From positions 5,815 to 69,814 of the forward strand of contig JAURDW010000001.1 of NCBI GenBank assembly GCA_030827745.1: 64,000 nt of DNA, given 5' to 3'. The notes under the pieces are model-generated. The model ran no database searches. It was not told where the DNA came from and worked only from the letters and a program-made list of their open reading frames with translations. This stretch comes from Poseidonia sp. GTDB taxonomy: Archaea; Thermoplasmatota; Poseidoniia; Poseidoniales; Poseidoniaceae. Position 1 is the stretch's first letter; every line of letters begins with the position of its first letter. Both the position numbers and the translations under genes were made by a program. Below, piece by piece: positions 1 to 12,068 of the stretch.

Positions 1-545
1 AAGGTGGCAACGAACCCGTGTTCAACATCACCGACCTCCCTGCCGGATTTTACGTGGTGGAGGTGACTGCCACGGACACGCTGGGGCAATCGGCCACCGC
101 ATCCACCGACTTTGAGTACACGCAGCTCGACACCGACGGAGACTGGTCCAGCACGTGTTCCTCGGAGACATGGTTCGACCCCGAGACAGGCAAGTCCTGC
201 GGCCCCGATGTTTACGACCAAGACGACGACAACGACGGCTTTAGCGATACGAAGGACGCCTTCCCGCTGGACCCGTGCGCTCAAGTTGACACCGACGGCG
301 ATACCCAACCCGACGTGCTGGATTGCCCCGAAGGCTCCACCAGTTGGTTGACCGAGGATATGGACGATGACGGTGACGGCGTTCCTGATGTGCTCGAGGG
401 CGTAACCACGGACGACGACGACCTCAACGTGAATGCCTTGTTGGTGGTTCTGGCTTTGCTCGTTGTGGTGGTGCTTCTGTTCTTTGCCCGTCTGCGGCGA
501 GGCGGGCCGGGCGACCTTTCCGGTTTGGACCAGCGACACTTGTGA
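1..545 (+). CDS. 3' end of a large surface protein (N-terminus lies upstream of the window). It has thrombospondin-type-3-like acidic Ca-binding repeats, a C-terminal TM anchor and a short basic tail.
   Basis: The reading frame is open from base 3, with no start in the window. It contains DxDxDG-type repeats (DTDGDW, DDDNDGFSD, DTDGDTQPD, DDDGDGVPD), then the hydrophobic stretch LLVVLALLVVVVLLFF followed by RLRRGG. Confidence 0.6.
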   Translation, partial: GGNEPVFNITDLPAGFYVVEVTATDTLGQSATASTDFEYTQLDTDGDWSSTCSSETWFDPETGKSCGPDVYDQDDDNDGFSDTKDAFPLDPCAQVDTDGDTQPDVLDCPEGSTSWLTEDMDDDGDGVPDVLEGVTTDDDDLNVNALLVVLALLVVVVLLFFARLRRGGPGDLSGLDQRHL

Positions 546-554
546 GGCTCCACC

Positions 555-1112
555 ATGGCCGTACCGCTCCCGTCAGCAGAACACGTGGCGATGGCTGCGG
601 TGGTTACGTTGGGGCTGATTGTCGTGTGGGACGCCTACTGGTTGACCAAACAACGCAGCGATGTTCCCAATTTGGGCCAACTTCCCAGCGGAGGCTTTGC
701 CTGGCAAAGCGAAGGCGTTAACGAAATGGTTCGTCAATGGGGCAATTTAGGTTCCATGGCGGCCATGATGGTGCTTCCGTGGGCGCTTTTGGAGGCTTCT
801 AACACCCCCGTGGTCTATGCGGTGCTTTGGGACATTTTCCTCGCCCTTCATTTGATCTCGCTTCTGGTGCCAAAGCGCTACGCCATCACATCAACGCATC
901 TCTTTGCGGACGGGCAGCGTTACCCGTGGGAACGCCTCCGCCTCGCCAAACGTCAACCAAAACGACGCATCATGCTGCTTCGAAACGGATGGGGGCCCTT
1001 TGGGCCCTTGCCGCTTGGTGGTGACCCCGATGCGCTTCGTACCGCTCGAGAATACATCAAAGCCATGGAGCAAGCGCGTTATGGGCCCAGGAAAGCGAAA
1101 GAATCCGAGTGA
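555..1112 (+). CDS. Hypothetical integral membrane protein.
   Basis: 185-aa ORF with several hydrophobic helices (AAVVTLGLIVVW, MAAMMVLPWALL, IFLALHLISLLV). No family recognised. Confidence 0.4.
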   Translation: MAVPLPSAEHVAMAAVVTLGLIVVWDAYWLTKQRSDVPNLGQLPSGGFAWQSEGVNEMVRQWGNLGSMAAMMVLPWALLEASNTPVVYAVLWDIFLALHLISLLVPKRYAITSTHLFADGQRYPWERLRLAKRQPKRRIMLLRNGWGPFGPLPLGGDPDALRTAREYIKAMEQARYGPRKAKESE

Positions 1113-1150
1113 ACAGTACCCTCAAGGGCTTGCCCCCCTTACCCAAAGTC

Positions 1151-1579
1151 ATGGAATGGACGCGAAGCGGCGATGATGTGTTTGTGAGGCTTGACCCGGG
1201 TGAAGAAATCCATGCAAGCCTGCAGGCCCTGGCCGATGAACTTGGCTTTGATGCTGCGGCCATCACCAGTGGCATTGGGCGCACCCGAAACAGCACCTAC
1301 GGGTACATGGACGACGCCCATGTTTACCATCGCGTGACGCTCGAGGCAGGAACGGAACTTGTGACGCTTCAGGGCAACCTGGCTCGGCGGGAATCCGGGG
1401 AAGCGTTCACACATCTCCACGCCACGTTTTCCGACGACGACTTGAAGCCTCACGCCGGCCACATGTTTTCCGCCGAAGTTCACGTGGTGGCCGAAATCCA
1501 TTTGCGAATTCTCAGCCAAGCCGTGATGACGCGATGCCCGCTTGAAAACAGCGAATTCGTGGCGCTCCGCTTTGGTTGA
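1151..1579 (+). CDS. PPC/DUF296-domain protein (predicted DNA-binding protein of the PD1-like family).
   Basis: Sequence pattern VFVRLDPGEEIHASLQALADELGFDAAAITSGIG...LTLQGNL...HLHATFSD...GHMFSAEVHVVAEI is typical of the PPC domain. The start is taken at the internal ATG at 1151 (MEWTRSG). Confidence 0.5.
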   Translation: MEWTRSGDDVFVRLDPGEEIHASLQALADELGFDAAAITSGIGRTRNSTYGYMDDAHVYHRVTLEAGTELVTLQGNLARRESGEAFTHLHATFSDDDLKPHAGHMFSAEVHVVAEIHLRILSQAVMTRCPLENSEFVALRFG

Positions 1580-1620
1580 AATCAGCGAATACGATGGTTC
1601 ATAGGGTGTTGCACGGGTGA

Positions 1621-4643
<3,023 letters not shown>

Positions 4644-4727
4644 GTCCTCGGGACTCGCCTCTTCCGCTTCAAGACTTCCCCTTGTCCATCACCAAACCTT
4701 CTTGATGCTGAACGCGAAGCCAGCACC

Positions 4728-5903
4728 ATGGTGAACGCCGAGCGTGAGGCACGTCCGCACCAACTTTCACCTTCGGCATGGAATCGGTACGAAACTTGCC
4801 CGCGCATGTATTGGCTCAGCCGGCAACGCTTGCCGAGAAAGGCGGGCATGGCGGCTTCGTTGGGGACGGCCGTCCACGCGTCGATTGAAGACTTGCTCAA
4901 CATGGACCTTGAGGGTCGGTCCGGTGAGGAAACAGGTTGGTTGCCCCGAACGGCGGAAGGTTTTCTCAAGACTCGATGGGAGGAAGAGAAAGCCGTGTTC
5001 CTCGCCACGCCACGCCGTCCGGAATGGAAAGACAGCAAGTGGTCTGAGGCTCAAAAGCAACAACACGGCGGCATCGTTTTGCTGCTTGACCACATTGGCG
5101 CTCGTCATGTCCCTCACGAACAGGTGACGGTCGCGCTATGGCGGCATTTGCAATCCTTGACCATAGCCGTCGAAGGTGAATTGAAAACCAACGACGGTCG
5201 ATTGATGGGTCGGTTGGATTTGCTGTTTGCTGACGTCGATGCAAAGGGCGACCCCGTGGGTTGGTTGGTGGCGGATTTGAAAACGGGAAACGCCCCGACA
5301 AAGGAATTGAAGCCCGAGGTGAACCGGCAACTTCGGATGTACCGGGACATCTTGCTTGCCAACAACCCCTCTGCTCCACCCGTGCGAACCGAGGGGTGGT
5401 ACACCAAAACAAGCTCAAAATGGGCAGCACAAGGTGAGAGTGTTCTTTCAGATGCCTATGCGGCTTGGGAAGCAACCAAACCAACAACGCTCCCTCTAGA
5501 AGCGACACCGGGCCCTGACTCATGCGGTGGATTTTGCGATTGGAAGGCGTGGTGCCCTCACTGGTGGACATGGCGGCAGGATTCGGGCACCTTGCATCAG
5601 GGGGATTTTGCCGATGCGGTCGTTCTGCTCCTTCGGTACGATGCCTCAACGGGTGCTGCGGTCTTGGAACTCTGCGAACCTCTGGACGAGACCGGTCGTG
5701 CTATCCCCACGGGTCATCAATGCGCAGCTCGCTTTGACGGTCGTGGAAAGGAAGCCGTTGAGATGTTGCAAAGCACCGGCCATCAGGGCCCCATGTTTCT
5801 CGGTTCGGTGATGACCGCAAGGGGTTCGTGGCGGATTGGGTCGTGGTGCGATGTTTTGCCGTGGGCACCGTTCCAGGACGGCGTCCCTTCCACGCCTTCG
5901 TAA
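4728..5903 (+). CDS. Stand-alone Cas4/AddB-type PD-(D/E)XK nuclease with a 4-Cys Fe-S cluster and a ~130-aa C-terminal extension.
   Basis: N-terminal Cys motif YETCPRMYWL; nuclease motifs GRLDLLF, VADLKTG and QLRMYRDIL (QxxxY); C-terminal CGGFCDWKAWC (Cx3Cx5C). The start is set at ATG 4728, because the 4302 ORF extension overlaps the PAC2 gene. Confidence 0.75.
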   Translation: MVNAEREARPHQLSPSAWNRYETCPRMYWLSRQRLPRKAGMAASLGTAVHASIEDLLNMDLEGRSGEETGWLPRTAEGFLKTRWEEEKAVFLATPRRPEWKDSKWSEAQKQQHGGIVLLLDHIGARHVPHEQVTVALWRHLQSLTIAVEGELKTNDGRLMGRLDLLFADVDAKGDPVGWLVADLKTGNAPTKELKPEVNRQLRMYRDILLANNPSAPPVRTEGWYTKTSSKWAAQGESVLSDAYAAWEATKPTTLPLEATPGPDSCGGFCDWKAWCPHWWTWRQDSGTLHQGDFADAVVLLLRYDASTGAAVLELCEPLDETGRAIPTGHQCAARFDGRGKEAVEMLQSTGHQGPMFLGSVMTARGSWRIGSWCDVLPWAPFQDGVPSTPS

Positions 5904-5929
5904 GGAAGAACGGGCGGTCGGCCACGAAT

Positions 5930-6799
5930 TCACCCAAGACGGAGGTGAGACCGGAGGGCGTCTTTGGCTTCCTCGCACTCCAATCCGTTCGGGGAGAGCA
6001 GCCACGAAATGTAACTCGGGTCGTTGCCTTGAATTTCAAGGACGCTTCGCCCTCGGTGGCGGCCGAACGAGAGAATGTAATGCTCTCCATCGATCCGAAC
6101 TTTTCCCAAATCGTCCAACGGTTCGAGGTCGTTGAGCCCTCGCCCCAACGCCGAAGCGTCGCTTGCACCGTCCCCGTGGACGGCCCAACGTTCCAATTCG
6201 GGAAGGGAACGCCGGAACGCAGGCGCGTGGTCTACCGAGAGACGCCAGAAAAGAAGCATTGTGGCTGCGGCGTCGGCCGCAGCGGTGTGGGCCGCGTCCA
6301 AGCGTATTCCGTGGCGCCGGCACAACGCACCAAGGTTGTGCGGGCGAGGCAAGCGCAACCGGCGAACGAGTTCCAAGGTGTCCATGATGGCCTTTGGCTC
6401 GGGGGCAAGTTTGCCGAGACGCAAGAATTCGTTCTTGAGCATGGCGTAATCGAATTTCCGAACATTATGACCCACCAAGACGGCGCCATCGATCAGTTCA
6501 GCCACCTCGTCGGCCACTTCGGCGAATTTCGGTTTCCCTCGCACATCTTGGTTGTAAATACCGTGGATGCGGCTCGCATCAAGTGGAATGGACACCCCAG
6601 GGTTCACCACCCGTTCCACGTTCACAGCCGTACCGTCGGCAAGCGTCCCAATCAGCGCCAACTGGACAATGCGGTCGTTGTTGGTGGAGACGCCGGTGGT
6701 CTCCAAATCAAAAGCCAACACCTTTTCTCCGTGAAAGAGGTCTTGGGCCATGGCCTTTGAACAGCCGACACCCTCTTTCAACATCACTCCTAAACCCAA
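5930..6799 (-). CDS. ExoX-like DEDDh 3'-5' exonuclease (DnaQ fold) fused to a C-terminal DUF3820-like domain.
   Basis: Exo I motif VLAFDLETTG, Exo II VGHNVRKFDYAML, Exo III HTAAADAAATMLLF. The C-terminal FGRHRGRSVLEI...PSYISWLL matches the DUF3820 pattern. The true start may be the internal Met at about 6751 (MAQDLF). Confidence 0.75.
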   Translation of the reverse strand: MGLGVMLKEGVGCSKAMAQDLFHGEKVLAFDLETTGVSTNNDRIVQLALIGTLADGTAVNVERVVNPGVSIPLDASRIHGIYNQDVRGKPKFAEVADEVAELIDGAVLVGHNVRKFDYAMLKNEFLRLGKLAPEPKAIMDTLELVRRLRLPRPHNLGALCRRHGIRLDAAHTAAADAAATMLLFWRLSVDHAPAFRRSLPELERWAVHGDGASDASALGRGLNDLEPLDDLGKVRIDGEHYILSFGRHRGRSVLEIQGNDPSYISWLLSPNGLECEEAKDALRSHLRLG

Positions 6800-6817
6800 T
6801 GGCGGTTTCGCAGGAGC

Positions 6818-7201
6818 ATGGGCTTGCGTAAATGGTTTCGAAAGTCGACGGCAAACCCCTCCGAGGCTCCCTCGTCACCAGACGACGTTACCGCAGAGGC
6901 TGAGAATGCCGCAGCGTTTGCTGTTTTGCAAGAACAACGAGCAAGCGAGGCTCTCACGCTGTTGGACGCCACGGAGGACATTGAAGAGGAGGCGCTCGTC
7001 GTTGAAGCTCCATACGATGCCAGCGAAGCCGATGTTGCCACCCTGATGGAAAACGAGGCGGACGAAGCGTTCACGCATCTCGATGAGGTGACGATTGATG
7101 ACGTGGCGGTTTTGGACGACCCGTACGAAACAGCAACCGTTGAGGGTGACCTTCCTCAACCCGTGGTCTTGGGTGAAAGCGAAAACATCGGTTCTGTTTA
7201 A
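6818..7201 (+). CDS. Small highly acidic hypothetical protein.
   Basis: 127-aa ORF, roughly 30% D/E, with no TM segment and no recognised family. Confidence 0.4.
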   Translation: MGLRKWFRKSTANPSEAPSSPDDVTAEAENAAAFAVLQEQRASEALTLLDATEDIEEEALVVEAPYDASEADVATLMENEADEAFTHLDEVTIDDVAVLDDPYETATVEGDLPQPVVLGESENIGSV

Positions 7202-7247
7202 TCACGCCTCCCGAACCATTAGAAAGGGTAAGGACAGCCAAACCGCT

Positions 7248-8435
7248 ATGGGCGGAACAGGAAGACGAGGGCACCAAACGGCGCTCGTTTTGCTGATGCT
7301 CGCCATGAGCAGCCTCGCCGGCTGCACGGGAGCACTTGACACCACGGTTGACCCTCGCGCCTCGCTTGAAGCCTACCCACTTCTCATCCAGGAGGGGGAA
7401 ATGGTCACACTTGATGCCCGCGAATCGTCTCCTGTCGAGGGCGTCATTACCGCTTACGAATGGGATTTTGGTGACGGGACAACGGCGGAAACCGTGGTGG
7501 GCTTCACTTCCCACACCTACCTCCGCCACGGTCAGTACACGGTTCGCCTGACCGTGACCAACGACCAAGGTGGAACCGATGACGCCGTAGCCTCCATCAA
7601 AGTGAACGGCGCCCCTTCCATCAACATCAGCATGCCCACGTCGGTGAGGGCTGGAGACGCTGCCTTGCTCGACGCCTCCGAATCCTTTGACCCCGAGGGG
7701 GATGAACTGACCTTTGCTTGGGACTTGAACATCGCCGAAGACACCAACGGAGACGGCGACCCGACCAACGACGCAGACGAAACCACCCCAACTGTCCTTC
7801 TCGACACCTCTGCTTCTGGCCTCATGCTCGGTATGCTTCGTGTGGACGACGCTGGAGGCGCTTTTGCCGTTCAGCCGTTCGAGGTCAACGTCACCACTCG
7901 AACCTTTCAGGTCGTTTGGGTGACCGAAACCGTTGAGATGAGTTGGGACGAATACCTCGACCAAGGCGAAACATGGTCCGGGAACATGACACCGGGCGAA
8001 TACGGGCGCGTCTTGGGCTTCCATGCTGTGCTGGAACTTGAGCGTGACGTCGCCCCCCCTCACGATAACTTCACGTTGACCCTGAACATCCCTGAGGAAA
8101 ACACCAGGCGGACCGTGAACACCGAGCCGGGAAACTACACCACCAACGAACCCGCTCGGGCCGAAATGAAGGAGGAAGGCATGAACCCCTCCGGAGAGGA
8201 CGGCATGTACACTTCAGATTCGAAAGAGGAGTTGTTGAAGCGGCTCCTCGGTTCGCGAGAAGCGGCACGAGGGCAAGGCGTTTGGATATGGTCCGTTTTG
8301 GCCAAGCAATCCGATCCCGATGCCCTGATCGGTGAATTGGACCCTGACCCAGGAAACGAATGGAGTTTGACCGTCGAAGTCCTCATCATGCGTCCAAGTC
8401 TTACCGAAGTCTCGGTTGCAGAGGGCAACCGGTGA
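7248..8435 (+). CDS. Lipoprotein with tandem PKD domains.
   Basis: Signal peptide with a lipobox (LLMLAMSSLAGC). PKD signatures YEWDFGDGTTAE...HTY..GQYTVRLTVTNDQG and FAWDLNIAEDTNGDGD. The start is taken at ATG 7248. Confidence 0.7.
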   Translation: MGGTGRRGHQTALVLLMLAMSSLAGCTGALDTTVDPRASLEAYPLLIQEGEMVTLDARESSPVEGVITAYEWDFGDGTTAETVVGFTSHTYLRHGQYTVRLTVTNDQGGTDDAVASIKVNGAPSINISMPTSVRAGDAALLDASESFDPEGDELTFAWDLNIAEDTNGDGDPTNDADETTPTVLLDTSASGLMLGMLRVDDAGGAFAVQPFEVNVTTRTFQVVWVTETVEMSWDEYLDQGETWSGNMTPGEYGRVLGFHAVLELERDVAPPHDNFTLTLNIPEENTRRTVNTEPGNYTTNEPARAEMKEEGMNPSGEDGMYTSDSKEELLKRLLGSREAARGQGVWIWSVLAKQSDPDALIGELDPDPGNEWSLTVEVLIMRPSLTEVSVAEGNR

Positions 8436-8473
8436 AAGCGAAAGGGGTATGAAGCGGGGCGCTTTGGACAGGA

Positions 8474-8836
8474 TTGGTTACGATGGTGGACACGGTTGAA
8501 ATCGGACGCGTTACACTTCGAGACACGGTTTCTGTGGACCTTTCGGTGTGGATGAACGACCCTGACGATTGGGATTTCCGACCCACCTTGAGTTATGCGG
8601 GGACCACCTTGACCGTGCGTTGTGCGATCAAAGGGCAAGTGCTGGCAACCGTGGAATTGGACGACGAACAGGACGAAGCACTGCATCGGGATCGTGTGGC
8701 CGAACTGCGCGTGAAGTTCCAAGTTCACGGCATGCACGGGCGGCTCAACGACATTCACCCCATCATTGCAGACGGAAAGGCGAAGAAACTGGCTACGGCG
8801 AACTGGAAGACGACGCAACCGGTCTCGTTTGAGTAA
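8474..8836 (+). CDS. Hypothetical protein (120 aa).
   Basis: ORF with codon usage typical of the window; no recognised domain. Confidence 0.35.
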   Translation: MVTMVDTVEIGRVTLRDTVSVDLSVWMNDPDDWDFRPTLSYAGTTLTVRCAIKGQVLATVELDDEQDEALHRDRVAELRVKFQVHGMHGRLNDIHPIIADGKAKKLATANWKTTQPVSFE

Positions 8837-8882
8837 ACCCCCAACGAATCTTTGATAACGGTTCATTTCATTTCCATCGTTC

Positions 8883-9161
8883 ATGCCTTCAAGGACGCAA
8901 CGAGGCCCTCAGAAACAAGCACGCTTTGAACGACTCTGCTCTGAAATCCATCGCTTTGTCACGGCGAACCCAGGATGCTCAGCTCAAGCCATTGTCGCCA
9001 GTCTGAACCACGACCAAAAACTTCGCAACCACGGTTTAACACCCCGGAAGGTTGGGTTCTTCATCACCAGGAACCTTCGCCAATCACTCAAGTGGTGGCA
9101 GGACCACCGAGCGGGGCGACGCGTGTACGGTCCCGTTGACGAAACGGGTGCTCAGAATTAA
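8883..9161 (+). CDS. Small basic hypothetical protein (92 aa), possibly nucleic-acid-binding.
   Basis: Rich in K/R (RGPQKQARFERL, RKVGFFITRNLRQSLKWW). No family recognised. Confidence 0.35.
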   Translation: MPSRTQRGPQKQARFERLCSEIHRFVTANPGCSAQAIVASLNHDQKLRNHGLTPRKVGFFITRNLRQSLKWWQDHRAGRRVYGPVDETGAQN

Positions 9162-9218
9162 GCCGGGAACTTGCTGGGAGGCGAGGTGCTCATGTAGGCA
9201 CCCCTCATCGCCCTAAGC

Positions 9219-9881
9219 ATGGAGAACAGGGTCGCCGCCTATTTTGACTTGGACGGGACCTTGTTAAACGCATCAAGCGAAAAAACCCTCACGGCTCATC
9301 TTTCTCGAAAGCGCCCTTGGCGTATTCCTTGGGGTGCGGTGGCGTGGACAACGGGCTTCATCACCAACCTGCTTCGGGGCCGGGCGGTGTACGATGCAGC
9401 CCGAAACCGAGGGCACCTCTCTCTCGCTTCTTGGGAAACCTTGACTGCTTACAGCGATCATCTTGCCGAACACCGTTTGCGCATGCATGTACCCCAAGAA
9501 GCATGGGACTGCCTCGCATGGCATCGTGACCAAGGCCACCGCCTTGTGCTCGTGACCGCCACCGTTGCCCCGATGGCCGAGGCCATGGGGCGCCTCCTGA
9601 ACATGGACACCGTGTACGGTTGCGGGCCTCCGCAACGTCAAGGCCGCCTCTCGGGTTCTGAGCGAGGTTGGCGCGTCCCCCGACGCAAAGGCAAGGTTCC
9701 CGTGGTCACCGCTGATGCTTTGGAAAACGGTCATGACCTTTCGGCTTGTTACGGATACGGGAACACGCTTGCCGACTCGTGGTTTATGGACGTGTGCGGC
9801 CATCCCGTGGCCGTGAGTCCTGAAGGCCCTTTGCGGCGACACGCTGAGGCGAAAGGATGGCGTGTTGTGGATTGGAATTGA
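9219..9881 (+). CDS. HAD-superfamily hydrolase (subfamily IB-like).
   Basis: Motif I YFDLDGTLL; downstream motifs VLVTATVAPMAE and GYGNTLADSWFMDVCGHPVAV. Confidence 0.65.
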   Translation: MENRVAAYFDLDGTLLNASSEKTLTAHLSRKRPWRIPWGAVAWTTGFITNLLRGRAVYDAARNRGHLSLASWETLTAYSDHLAEHRLRMHVPQEAWDCLAWHRDQGHRLVLVTATVAPMAEAMGRLLNMDTVYGCGPPQRQGRLSGSERGWRVPRRKGKVPVVTADALENGHDLSACYGYGNTLADSWFMDVCGHPVAVSPEGPLRRHAEAKGWRVVDWN

Positions 9882-9896
9882 TTTCTTTATATCCTG

Positions 9897-10892
9897 TTGC
9901 ACGACATACTTCTCATGAGTTTTGCAGATTTGTTTGGAGACCTTGATGAACCCACTTACCCAGAAGACCAAGAGGGTCGACGAGAAGAACTGTTGACCAA
10001 CATGCTGGGGAAAGCCCGGTCCATTGAACGAGCAGCAGGGTTGGTCATGAGCATCATGGAAAAAAACGACAAGCGCGTGCGTCTGGACGACCAGAAGCGG
10101 TTGGTGATTTTTGGCACCTTGGCCAACTACCGAATCAACATGGAAGCCTTTCTTCAGAAGTTCACCAACCCCTTTTCCTACACATCCTTTGACACCGTTG
10201 AGGTTCATCCAAAACACAAGATGGTCGAGAAACCCCGCACCGCTTGCGTTCAGGTTCGTGACCAAGACAACATGCCCGCCTACGATTTGTTTGCCGGGTA
10301 CATTTTGGGTTTGCTCAACGACGAAGTGACCTGGTTGCACGATTCTTTGGGGCCCCTGCGACAAGCCTTGATGGACATCTACGGCATCCACCCATCACCT
10401 CTCACCGCAAGTCTGAGCGCCCATTTCGCAGAACGTTTTGACGGGGAATTTGACTTCTCAAACGACACTTTGACGTTTGAAGGAACCAACGGCTGGAAAT
10501 GGCGCCTCGGCTTTGGAAACCCTCTCACACGTGGCTATTCGCTCGCCTACCAGAAGCCTCGCCAATCTTGGTGGACCAACATCTTTGACGACCACCTTGA
10601 GGAATCCACCGGGCATTACACCCTGTGCGGTATGTTTGATTTGGTGGAGCACCTCAACCAATGCCCCGCCATGCTGAAAACCGTTGGTGATTGGGAATGC
10701 GACCCCATCTTCCTGCGAAAGGTGGCCAAGGATTACCCTCCTCTTGCAAAGGTCTTGACCCGGGATGTTTTGGAAACCAACGATTACAACCCTCATGAAA
10801 TCTACACGTTCTACGACGAACAAGTCACCGGTTCCCAAGCCATGACCATCATGCAGTTGGACGAACAGGTTCGCCAGCGCGCCTCTGCTTGA
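9897..10892 (+). CDS. Hypothetical protein (331 aa).
   Basis: Long ORF with no strong competing ORF; no recognised family. Confidence 0.45.
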   Translation: MHDILLMSFADLFGDLDEPTYPEDQEGRREELLTNMLGKARSIERAAGLVMSIMEKNDKRVRLDDQKRLVIFGTLANYRINMEAFLQKFTNPFSYTSFDTVEVHPKHKMVEKPRTACVQVRDQDNMPAYDLFAGYILGLLNDEVTWLHDSLGPLRQALMDIYGIHPSPLTASLSAHFAERFDGEFDFSNDTLTFEGTNGWKWRLGFGNPLTRGYSLAYQKPRQSWWTNIFDDHLEESTGHYTLCGMFDLVEHLNQCPAMLKTVGDWECDPIFLRKVAKDYPPLAKVLTRDVLETNDYNPHEIYTFYDEQVTGSQAMTIMQLDEQVRQRASA

Positions 10893-10900
10893 AGCGTAAA

Positions 10901-10977
10901 TGGCGGCCCCACCGCGATTCGAACACGGGTTCGAGGCTCCGCAAGCCTCTGTGATATCCAAGCTACACTATAGGGCC
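10901..10977 (-). tRNA. tRNA-Arg (anticodon GCG) with genomically encoded CCA.
   Basis: Reverse complement reads GGCCCTATAGTGTAGCTTGGATATCACAGAGGCTTGCGGAGCCTCGAACCCGTGTTCGAATCGCGGTGGGGCCGCCA. Acceptor stem GGCCCTA/TGGGGCC, anticodon stem GAGGC/GCCTC with loop TTGCGGA, T-loop GTTCGAATC. Confidence 0.85.
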
Positions 10978-11070
10978 GATTCGCCCCAACCGCCACCCCA
11001 ATATAAGCGCGAGGGTGGCCGAACCCGTCGCTGCACAAGGGTTCATGGGCGTGGTGTGCATCGCCCAAGC

Positions 11071-11496
11071 ATGGTTCTTGAGTCGGAGCGCACCGTTGAA
11101 TTTTCCATGGTCGACCTCGCCAACATTGCCTACTATCCACGGATTTTTGACCTCGCCCACCGGTTTTTTGAGGCCGCGTGGCCCTCCATCTGCGGGCAGA
11201 CCTACCCCCATGTGCTGTACGAACGACGGCTTGGCTTTCCCGTACTGAACGTTGAATCCTCGTTCCATCACCCGCTTCGTTATGGAGACACCATCACCGC
11301 CCGCATCACCATTCCCCACCTCGGCACCACTTCGATTGGATGGAGATACCGCTTTTACAACCAAGAAGGCGTGTTGGTGTGGTCGTCTCGGCAAACGACG
11401 GTTTGCGTGGACATGGAAACCATGAACCCTCTCCCCCTTCCCGACGACATTCGGTCCGGCCTCCAGAAGCATTACCAAGCGGAGGATGAGGCGTGA
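11071..11496 (+). CDS. Hotdog-fold acyl-CoA thioesterase (YbgC/4HBT-like).
   Basis: MVDLANIAYYPRIFDLAHRFFEAAW...YERRLGFPVLNVESSFHHPLRYGDTI is typical of the 4HBT family. The start is set at ATG 11071, because the upstream extension overlaps the tRNA. Confidence 0.65.
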   Translation: MVLESERTVEFSMVDLANIAYYPRIFDLAHRFFEAAWPSICGQTYPHVLYERRLGFPVLNVESSFHHPLRYGDTITARITIPHLGTTSIGWRYRFYNQEGVLVWSSRQTTVCVDMETMNPLPLPDDIRSGLQKHYQAEDEA

Positions 11497-12068
11497 GTTC
11501 TGAAGAACCGTTGGCCGTGCGTCCCGACCTTCGCGGGCCAAAGAACATCGCTGTTCTCCTGTTCCTCAGTTCGCTGCTGGTTGCCAGCATGGCTTGGCAG
11601 GACTGGCAGTTGCACCAAGCCGGGCTTTCGGATGAAGAGATTGAGGTCTTTTTGAAAACCCCCAACAACCAAGAGGGCGAACCAACAACGGTTGAACAAT
11701 ACCGGGACTTTGAAGATCAAGTACGCAACGAGAACGGCTACCTCATTCGAAGCGTCGCTTTGGCGGCCACAGCGCTGGCGCTCTTCGTCGGTGCCCCGTT
11801 GCTGTACCGTCTGCGACGTCTTGGGGCTCAGGTTTCCGTCGCAGGTGCATCGGTGGGTTTGGTCGGCGGCGTTTGGGGAAGCGCCATCATCAACCGCTCA
11901 GCCGTGGCTCACCTCGGTGATGCCTTGGTGCTGACCTTCGAGATATGGGTCTACCTTTGTGGAACGGTGATGGGTCTTTGTCTCGCCGTTGCGGCCTTGC
12001 CTTTGCTCAACGCAAGGGCGCGGTTGGCCTTGGAGCCCAAAGTCATCTTGATTCAGGAGGAGGCTTGA
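11493..12068 (+). CDS. Hypothetical membrane protein.
   Basis: Four predicted TM helices (IAVLLFLSSLLVASMAW, VALAATALALFVGAPLL, VGLVGGVWGSAII, LCGTVMGLCLAVAALPLL). It has a 4-nt overlap with the upstream gene. Confidence 0.45.
   Translation: MSSEEPLAVRPDLRGPKNIAVLLFLSSLLVASMAWQDWQLHQAGLSDEEIEVFLKTPNNQEGEPTTVEQYRDFEDQVRNENGYLIRSVALAATALALFVGAPLLYRLRRLGAQVSVAGASVGLVGGVWGSAIINRSAVAHLGDALVLTFEIWVYLCGTVMGLCLAVAALPLLNARARLALEPKVILIQEEA

Noticed and set aside
5828-6760. A 310-aa plus-strand ORF overlapping the ExoX-like gene.
   Set aside because: The opposite strand carries complete DEDDh Exo I-III motifs, so this is a shadow ORF.
7071-8063. A 330-aa minus-strand ORF opposite the PKD lipoprotein gene.
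   Set aside because: The plus strand encodes a signal-peptide/lipobox protein with recognisable PKD motifs. The antisense ORF has no motifs and is Gly/Val/His-rich.
9273-10391. A 372-aa ORF on the minus strand spanning the HAD hydrolase and the 331-aa hypothetical gene.
   Set aside because: It is antisense to two plus-strand ORFs, one with clear HAD motifs. Its composition is low-complexity (G/H/V/P-rich), typical of high-GC shadow ORFs.
10901-10977. An integrated mobile element anchored at tRNA-Arg.
   Set aside because: No integrase/recombinase gene or duplicated tRNA 3' fragment is visible within the window. It is kept only as a low-interest hypothesis in the findings.
10900-11070. The upstream extension of the thioesterase ORF.
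   Set aside because: It overlaps the tRNA-Arg gene. The hotdog-fold homology begins near the internal Met at 11071.
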